From assembly GCA_944391285.1 (NCBI GenBank), contig CALXSY010000005.1:11196-75195 (forward strand): a stretch of DNA of 64,000 nt, in the 5' to 3' direction. Shown here piece after piece: positions 18,397-24,460 of this stretch. Both the position numbers and the translations under genes were made by a program. Position 1 is the first letter of the stretch; every line of letters starts with the position of its first letter. A model generated the notes under the pieces. That model was given only the letters and a program-made list of their open reading frames with translations, did not search any database and was not told the DNA's origin. The DNA is from an uncultured Clostridia bacterium (GTDB taxonomy: Bacteria; Bacillota; Peptococcia; Peptococcales; Peptococcaceae).

Positions 18397-18425
18397 AGTA
18401 TATCATTTATTATTCCGCTTGACAA
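18397..18425 (-). promoter_or_regulatory. Promoter of the serCA T-box leader
   Basis: Minus strand: TTGTCA (18420-18425), 17-bp spacer, TATACT (18397-18402). Confidence 0.6.
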
Positions 18426-18648
18426 GGGCAAATTAAAGAAAAAAATATTAATATTTTTTATATAACAACAATTGCTGTTTTCCGTTAATTGTTAATTACA
18501 CTTTGAAAAAAGGTTTAATCTATATCTATAATGAATTATAATAGAAAAATGTGTGAAAAAATTGAAATATTTTTGGAAAAACTATTGGTTTTTTTCGCCA
18601 AATAGGGTAAACTAAAGGATAGATTATTTTTAATAAGGAGCGAGAAAA

Positions 18649-20046
18649 ATGTTAGCGCAAGCAGTAGATATTAAAAGTTTGTACCGCAATTCCGAGGAAT
18701 ATCTCAATAAAGAAATTACGGTAGTAGGCTGGATCAGAACAATTCGTACTTCCAGTCATTTTGGTTTTATTGAATTAAATGACGGCGGATTTTTCCGCAA
18801 TCTGCAAATCGTTTTTGAAGAAAATTTGCCTAACTTTGCCGAAGTAGGTAAATTAACCATCAGCACCGCTTTGATTGTGAAAGGTGTATTGGTTCCTTCG
18901 CCGGGAGCAAAACAGCCTTTTGAATTAAAAGCCACAGAAGTTTTTGTGGAAGGCACTTGCCCCAGCGATTATCCTTTGCAGAAAAAACGCCATACTATGG
19001 AGTATATGCGCACCATTGCCCATTTACGCCCCAGAAGCAATACTTTTTCCGCAGTATTTCGCCTGCGTTCGGTTTTAGCCTATGCTATTCACAAATATTT
19101 TCAAGAGAAAGGCTTTGTTTATGCCCACACTCCAATTATTACCGGCAGTGACTGCGAAGGTGCCGGCGAGATGTTCCGAGTTACCACCTTGGATTTAAAC
19201 AATCTGCCTTTGACCGAAGACGGCAAGGTCGATTTCAGCAAGGATTTCTTCGGCAAGGAAACCAATCTGACTGTAAGCGGTCAGTTAAATGCTGAAACCT
19301 TTGCGATGGCATTTAGAAATGTTTATACTTTCGGTCCGACATTCCGGGCTGAGCAATCCTTTACTGCCCGTCATGCTGCGGAATTTTGGATGATTGAGCC
19401 GGAAATGGCTTTTGCCGATTTGGAAGATATCATGAATATTTCCGAAGATATGATGAAATATCTTATCAACTATTGTTTGGAAAACCTGCCAGAAGAGATG
19501 GAGTTTTTCAACCAATTCATGGACAAAGGCTTATTGGAAAGATTAAACCATATTGTTAATTCGGATTTTGCCCGGGTTACTTATACTGAAGCTATTGAAA
19601 TCTTAGAAAAAGCTGATGTGAAGTTTGAATATCCCGTTTCTTGGGGTATTGATTTGCAGACTGAGCATGAACGCTATTTAACCGAGCAGCATTTTAAACG
19701 TCCGGTTTTTGTTACCGATTATCCGGTGGAGATTAAAGCTTTCTATATGCGTTTAAATGATGACCAAAAAACTGTTGCAGCAGTGGATTTATTAGTTCCC
19801 GGCATCGGCGAAATTATCGGCGGCAGTCAGCGTGAGGAAAGACTGGAGCTTTTGGAAGCCCGCATGGATGAACTGGGCTTAAAGAAAGAGGATTACTGGT
19901 GGTATTTGGAGCTGCGCAAATACGGCGGCACCCGTCACAGCGGCTTTGGCATGGGCTTTGAGCGCTTGATTATGTATCTTTCCGGCATAGGCAATATCCG
20001 TGACGTTTTGCCGTATCCCCGCACAACCGGCAGTGCAGAATTTTAA
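18649..20046 (+). CDS. asnS: Asparagine--tRNA ligase
   Basis: Class IIb aaRS with an N-terminal OB fold and motifs [19 protein letters not shown]. Length and sequence are typical of AsnS. Confidence 0.92.
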   Translation: MLAQAVDIKSLYRNSEEYLNKEITVVGWIRTIRTSSHFGFIELNDGGFFRNLQIVFEENLPNFAEVGKLTISTALIVKGVLVPSPGAKQPFELKATEVFVEGTCPSDYPLQKKRHTMEYMRTIAHLRPRSNTFSAVFRLRSVLAYAIHKYFQEKGFVYAHTPIITGSDCEGAGEMFRVTTLDLNNLPLTEDGKVDFSKDFFGKETNLTVSGQLNAETFAMAFRNVYTFGPTFRAEQSFTARHAAEFWMIEPEMAFADLEDIMNISEDMMKYLINYCLENLPEEMEFFNQFMDKGLLERLNHIVNSDFARVTYTEAIEILEKADVKFEYPVSWGIDLQTEHERYLTEQHFKRPVFVTDYPVEIKAFYMRLNDDQKTVAAVDLLVPGIGEIIGGSQREERLELLEARMDELGLKKEDYWWYLELRKYGGTRHSGFGMGFERLIMYLSGIGNIRDVLPYPRTTGSAEF

Positions 20047-20062
20047 TTAAGGAGGAATTGAG

Positions 20063-20557
20063 ATGGCTAAAGAACCAAGCTTTGATGTGGTATCTCAAGT
20101 GGATATGCAAGAGGTAACCAATGCTTTAAATCAAACTACCAAAGAAATTTCCCAGCGCTATGATTTTAAAGGCTCAAAAAGCGAAGTAGTCAAAGATGAT
20201 GACGGCATTAAAATTACCACCGAAGATGAGATGCATTTGAATGCTATCATTGATATTTTAAAGAGCAAATTTATCAAGCGCGGGGTTAGTATTAAAAATT
20301 TGGAGTATGGAAAAATCGAAGATGCTGCCGGCGGCATGGTGCGCCAGAAAATTAAAATTAAGCAAGGCATCGAAAGCGATGTTGCTAAAAAGATTACTAA
20401 AGACATCAAAGAAACCAAGCTGAAGGTGCAGGCGCAGATTCAAGATGATCAAGTGAGAGTCAGCGGCAAAAAGATTGATGACTTGCAGGCAGTAATTGCT
20501 TTCTTAAAAGAAAAGGATTATGGGCTGGATTTGCAATATATCAATTTCCGCTCCTAA
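20063..20557 (+). CDS. yajQ: YajQ-family nucleotide-binding protein (UPF0234/DUF520)
   Basis: PSFD.VS.VD.QEV.NA.NQ...E...RYDFKG N-terminus. 164 aa. Confidence 0.85.
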   Translation: MAKEPSFDVVSQVDMQEVTNALNQTTKEISQRYDFKGSKSEVVKDDDGIKITTEDEMHLNAIIDILKSKFIKRGVSIKNLEYGKIEDAAGGMVRQKIKIKQGIESDVAKKITKDIKETKLKVQAQIQDDQVRVSGKKIDDLQAVIAFLKEKDYGLDLQYINFRS

Positions 20558-20614
20558 GGTAGAAGAATTTACTAAAATTTATGCAAAAAAACTATTAAAA
20601 ATACAAAAAAGCTC

Positions 20615-20643
20615 TTGACAAACAAAAAATGTAGGAGTATAAT
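20615..20643 (+). promoter_or_regulatory. Consensus sigma-A promoter of a T-box leader
   Basis: TTGACA (20615-20620), 17-bp spacer, TATAAT (20638-20643). Confidence 0.7.
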
Positions 20644-20649
20644 ACATTT

Positions 20650-20917
20650 CAATAAAAATGCTATGACCAAGAAGTAGTAACTATGGCAAAACCTTAAAGA
20701 GAGTTGGCGGTTGGTGCAAGCCAATGAAGGGGAGAAATAGTGAATTCATCTTGAGAGCAGCACGCCGAGATTTTAGTAGGTGGTGACGGTTGCGCCCGTT
20801 ATAGTGCTAGGGTATAAGCAATAGCCGTACCCAAAGAGGATATCGTCGTAAGGCGATATTAAATTGAGGTGGTACCACGGGATATTTGCCCGTCCTCTGA
20901 GTTGAGGACGGGTTTTT
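20650..20917 (+). promoter_or_regulatory. T-box riboswitch leader (candidate Phe specifier UUC) controlling the paaK-like/ACT operon
   Basis: Stem-I aaagagag...ggtgcaag. Specifier-loop context agtgaaTTCa (20745-20747). T-box sequence aaattgaggtggtaccacgg (20861-20880). Terminator cccgtcctc-tgagt-tgaggacggg plus T6 (20889-20917). Confidence 0.88.
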
Positions 20918-20957
20918 TCTTGTCCTCGAAAAGAAATTATTTTTTGGAGGGAATATT

Positions 20958-22277
20958 ATGAAAACAGCAGTTAACAAAATTTACAATCCGGAGATCGAAT
21001 GTATGTCCCGGGAAGCTATCAGAGAAATGCAGAACGAACGCCTGCAAAAAACTATTCGCTTAGTGTATGACAAGGTAGAAGTATACCGCAAACGTATGGA
21101 TGAAAAAGGCGTTAAACCGGAGGATATCAAAACTATTGACGATTTGCACCTTTTGCCGTTCACTGAGAAAACCGATTTGCGAGATTATTTCCCTTATGGT
21201 TTGTTCGCCGCTGATTTAAAGGATATCGTGCGGATTCAGGGTTCATCGGGCACTACCGGCAAGCCTATTGTCAGCGGTTATACCGAAAATGACGTTGAAG
21301 CTTGGAGCGAAATGGTTGCCAGAGCATTATACGCTGCCGGAGGCGGAGAAGATGACATTGTGCAGGTTGCCTATGGCTACGGCTTATTCACCGGCGGTTT
21401 GGGTGCTCACCAGGGTGCAACTAAAATTGGGGCAACAGTTATCCCCATGTCCAGCGGCAACACCGAGCGTCAAATTATGATGATGCAGGAATTGGGCGCT
21501 ACCATGCTTTGCTGCACTCCATCTTATGCTACTTATTTAGGTGAGACTGTAAAGGAAAAGGGTTTGCAGGGCAAAATCAAATTAAAATCCGGCTGCTTCG
21601 GAGCTGAGCCTTGGACAGAAGAAATGCGCCAAAACCTGGAGAATCTCTTAGATATTGATGCTATGAATATTTACGGCTTAACAGAAATGGGCGGACCTGG
21701 TATTGCTTTTGAATGTCTGGAGAAAGACGGCATGCATATTAACGAAGATCATGTTATCGCCGAAATCATCGACCCGGTAACCGATGAACCGTTGCCTTAC
21801 GGCGAATACGGCGAGTTAGTATTCACCAGCATTACCAAAACCGGCATGCCCCTTATTCGCTATCGTACTCATGATATCTGCTGCTTAAATCCTGAACCCT
21901 GCGCCTGCGGACGCACTCATGTACGCATGAGCCGTATTACCGGACGAACTGACGATATGATGGTTATCCGCGGAGTCAATGTTTTCCCCAGCCAGATTGA
22001 GTCAGTATTGATGCGTGTAAAAGGCGTAACTCCCAATTATATGCTGATTGTTGACCGGGTTAACTCTACCGATACTTTAGAGGTTCAGGTCGAATTAAGC
22101 GAAGAAATGTTTACCGATACAGTAAGCGGTATCGAAAGAATCCGTGATGAAATCAAAGAAAATATTAAATCGGTAGTTGGCATTAGTGTTAAAGTACAAT
22201 TAGTACCGCCTAAAACTATTCAAAGATTTGAAGGCAAAGCTAAGAGAGTAATTGACAACCGCAAATTGGGATTCTAA
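20958..22277 (+). CDS. Phenylacetate--CoA ligase family adenylate-forming enzyme (PaaK-like)
   Basis: AMP-binding core [14 protein letters not shown] and the C-terminal region typical of PaaK/coenzyme F390-synthetase-like proteins. 439 aa. Confidence 0.85.
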   Translation: MKTAVNKIYNPEIECMSREAIREMQNERLQKTIRLVYDKVEVYRKRMDEKGVKPEDIKTIDDLHLLPFTEKTDLRDYFPYGLFAADLKDIVRIQGSSGTTGKPIVSGYTENDVEAWSEMVARALYAAGGGEDDIVQVAYGYGLFTGGLGAHQGATKIGATVIPMSSGNTERQIMMMQELGATMLCCTPSYATYLGETVKEKGLQGKIKLKSGCFGAEPWTEEMRQNLENLLDIDAMNIYGLTEMGGPGIAFECLEKDGMHINEDHVIAEIIDPVTDEPLPYGEYGELVFTSITKTGMPLIRYRTHDICCLNPEPCACGRTHVRMSRITGRTDDMMVIRGVNVFPSQIESVLMRVKGVTPNYMLIVDRVNSTDTLEVQVELSEEMFTDTVSGIERIRDEIKENIKSVVGISVKVQLVPPKTIQRFEGKAKRVIDNRKLGF

Positions 22278-22291
22278 AGGAGGAATAGCAT

Positions 22292-22729
22292 ATGTATGTA
22301 AAACAAATTTCCGTGTACTTGGAAAATGTTCGTGGTACCTTAAGAGAAATGACTAAAACCTTGGCGCAAAACGGCGTTGATATGCTGGCATTGTCTATCG
22401 CTGATACTGCTAATTTCGGGATCGTGCGCTTAGTAGTGAGAGAAGAGCAGATTCCTTTAACTATTGAATGTATGCGCAGTGCAGGATTTATGGTAAGAAT
22501 GGACGAAGTAATTTGTGTGCAGGTGCCCAATAAACCGGCAGGCTTGGACAGCGTATTGGAGGTAGTAGATAACGCTGGATTATCTGTAGAATACATTTAT
22601 TCTTTTACCATCAGTTTAGAGAATGGTGCCTTGCTGATTATCCGCACCAATGACAATGACAAAGCTTATGAGGCTTTGAATAAAGGCAAAATCAAAGTTT
22701 ACAATCAAAACGAGATCAATAGTTTATAA
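22292..22729 (+). CDS. ACT domain-containing protein (tandem ACT, small-molecule binding)
   Basis: 145 aa. Starts KQISVYLENVRGTL..., the usual form of the ACT protein that commonly follows PaaK-like genes in anaerobes. Confidence 0.75.
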   Translation: MYVKQISVYLENVRGTLREMTKTLAQNGVDMLALSIADTANFGIVRLVVREEQIPLTIECMRSAGFMVRMDEVICVQVPNKPAGLDSVLEVVDNAGLSVEYIYSFTISLENGALLIIRTNDNDKAYEALNKGKIKVYNQNEINSL

Positions 22730-22733
22730 TTTT

Positions 22734-22760
22734 AAACCGCAGATTTTTCTGCGGTTTTTA
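22734..22760 (+). terminator. Intrinsic terminator
   Basis: aaaccgcaga-ttttt-ctgcggttttta. Confidence 0.75.
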
Positions 22761-22816
22761 TGAGTATAGCCAGAAGCTGAAATTGGAATAATATTTCAAG
22801 GCAAGGAGAGTGAAAA

Positions 22817-23677
22817 ATGGCAAAAATAGGTTTAGTTTTGGAAGGCGGAGGCAGCAGAGGTATTTATACGGCTGGAGTGCTGGATGTTTTTTTGGAAAAT
22901 GATATTGCGGTTGACGGTGTAATCGGCGTATCTGCCGGGGCGATTCACGGCTGCAGCTATGTTTCCAAGCAAATCGGTCGTTCCATAGGTTATGCGATGA
23001 AATACAGCCGTGATCCCCGCTATATGAGTTTGCGGTCGTTGTTGAAAACAGGTGATTATGTCGGAGTGGAATTTTGCTATCATGAACTGCCGGAAAAGCT
23101 GTATCCTTTTGATAATGACACTTTCGAAGCGTCACCGATAGATTTTTATGTAACCTGCACCGATGTAGAAAGCGGTCAAGCGGTGTATCAAAAATGCCCA
23201 TCGGTCAGAGGAAATGATATAGATTGGGTCAGAGCATCGGCTTCACTGCCGTTATTTTCCCGCATCGTGGAGATTGAGGGGCAGAAACTTTTAGACGGAG
23301 GAATAGCTGATTCTATACCGCTGAAAGCCTTTGAAAAGCTGGGTTTTGAGCGCAATATCGTTATTTTAACCCGTATTGCCGGCTATCAAAAGAAGCCTAC
23401 TTCATCGATGCCTTTATTGCGCCGAAGCTTAAAAGCATATCCCAAATTTTTGCAGACAGCGCAAAACCGGCATAATATTTACAATCAAGAGGTCGCCTAC
23501 ACCGAAAAAGAAGAACGAGAGGGTAATGTTTGCTTGATTCGCCCCAGTGAATATTTAAAGGTCGGGCGCTTGGAGCGCAAACCGGAAAAATTGCAAGAAA
23601 TGTATGAGTTAGGAAGAAAGGATGCTTTAGCAAAGCTCGCCGAAGTAAAGCGGTTTGTTGAAGAAAGTAAAAAATAA
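22817..23677 (+). CDS. Patatin-like phospholipase family protein
   Basis: Oxyanion motif LEGGGSRG, nucleophile elbow GVSAGA and catalytic DGG (LLDGGIAD). 286 aa. Confidence 0.85.
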   Translation: MAKIGLVLEGGGSRGIYTAGVLDVFLENDIAVDGVIGVSAGAIHGCSYVSKQIGRSIGYAMKYSRDPRYMSLRSLLKTGDYVGVEFCYHELPEKLYPFDNDTFEASPIDFYVTCTDVESGQAVYQKCPSVRGNDIDWVRASASLPLFSRIVEIEGQKLLDGGIADSIPLKAFEKLGFERNIVILTRIAGYQKKPTSSMPLLRRSLKAYPKFLQTAQNRHNIYNQEVAYTEKEEREGNVCLIRPSEYLKVGRLERKPEKLQEMYELGRKDALAKLAEVKRFVEESKK

Positions 23678-23711
23678 GCTCTTAGGCTTAAGCCTAAGAG
23701 CTTATTTTTTT
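23674..23711. terminator. Bidirectional intrinsic terminator
   Basis: Perfect 14-bp palindromic stem aagctcttaggctt/aagcctaagagctt followed by T7. Confidence 0.8.
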
Positions 23712-23718
23712 GAGAAAA

Positions 23719-24087
23719 TTAATGCCCGGGGCAAGAATGCTCACCGTGACCATGGGATTCGCAAGCGATTTGATTGTCTTTCAGCTCACCGCGCAGCCAA
23801 GCTTCGGCAACTTGGCGAACATCGCCGGAGCAACCACGAATTACTTCGATGCCGTTCGCATTTAAGACATTTTTAGCACCGTCACCCATGTTGCCGCCGC
23901 ACATAACCAAAACGCCTTTTTGAGCTAATACCGGAGCAATGCCGGATTTGCAGCCGCAGCCTTCCGGAGACTCCATAGTTTCCTCAGCAACAATTTTACC
24001 GCCTTCAACGGTAAATAAAGTGTAATAAGCACAATGACCAAAATGATCATCGATACGACCATCTCTGGTAGGACAACAGATTTTCAT
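23719..24087 (-). CDS. NifB/NifX-family (dinitrogenase FeMo-cofactor-binding-like) small protein with a Cys/His-rich tail
   Basis: MKI..P...G.IDDHFGHC..Y N-terminus typical of NifX/NifB-C-like DUF proteins. C-terminal tail CESHGHGEHSCPGH. Confidence 0.75.
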   Translation of the reverse strand: MKICCPTRDGRIDDHFGHCAYYTLFTVEGGKIVAEETMESPEGCGCKSGIAPVLAQKGVLVMCGGNMGDGAKNVLNANGIEVIRGCSGDVRQVAEAWLRGELKDNQIACESHGHGEHSCPGH

Positions 24088-24118
24088 AGATAAAACCCCT
24101 TTCTGTGATTATGAGTTT

Positions 24119-24147
24119 ATTATAACGCAGTTATAGACATTTGTCAA
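24119..24147 (-). promoter_or_regulatory. Consensus promoter for the NifX-like gene
   Basis: Minus strand: TTGACA (24142-24147), 17-bp spacer, TATAAT (24119-24124). Confidence 0.65.
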
Positions 24148-24207
24148 TAAAAAAGTCATAAAATAACTTAAAATCCATTTTTGATGATTATAGGCAAATG
24201 ACAATAT

Positions 24208-24266
24208 TGTGATAATGTGGTGATAATGTTGTGATCAACTTGTGAAATCTTGAAAATTTCTTGACA
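24208..24266 (+). repeat. Helically phased (11-bp period) direct repeats upstream of the surface-protein-A promoter
   Basis: GTGATAATGT at 24209 and 24220, GTGATCAACT at 24231, GTGAAATCT at 24242, then CTTGA at 24249 and 24260. TTGACA -35 at 24276. Confidence 0.7.
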
Positions 24267-24275
24267 CTTAAACCA

Positions 24276-24305
24276 TTGACAAACAGCAAATAAAAATTAT
24301 ATAAT
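24276..24305 (+). promoter_or_regulatory. Promoter of surface protein A
   Basis: TTGACA (24276-24281), 18-bp spacer, TATAAT (24300-24305). About 150-nt 5' UTR before the AGAGGAGGAG RBS. Confidence 0.65.
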
Positions 24306-24460
24306 GCCCTTGTAAGGAAGTTGTAACTTTTCTTAGGCTGAAGTAAAAAAGAGATTGTGTGCAATAACCCAATGACAACTAATTAAAATAAAAGCCGGAG
24401 TAAAGTGCAGAAAATTCCCAAAAAAAAGAATATTTTCCCGAAAAAGAGGAGGAGAAGAAA

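Noticed and set aside
22758-23201. 147-codon minus-strand ORF antisense to the patatin-like gene.
   Set aside because: It fully overlaps a well-supported plus-strand CDS. Its composition is low-complexity and His/Cys/Leu-skewed, typical of a shadow frame, and it has no RBS.
22817-23677. The patatin-like phospholipase as a possible CBASS/anti-phage effector.
   Set aside because: There is no cyclase/nucleotidyltransferase, E1/E2, or other defence partner adjacent. It is monocistronic between housekeeping genes, and its size and motifs fit ordinary bacterial patatin-family lipases.
24160-24460. An invertible (phase-variable) promoter or a diversity-generating retroelement acting on the surface-protein genes.
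   Set aside because: No long inverted repeats flank the promoter or UTR. No recombinase, reverse transcriptase or template repeat is in the window. The N-terminal divergence is spread over all codon positions rather than being adenine-specific.
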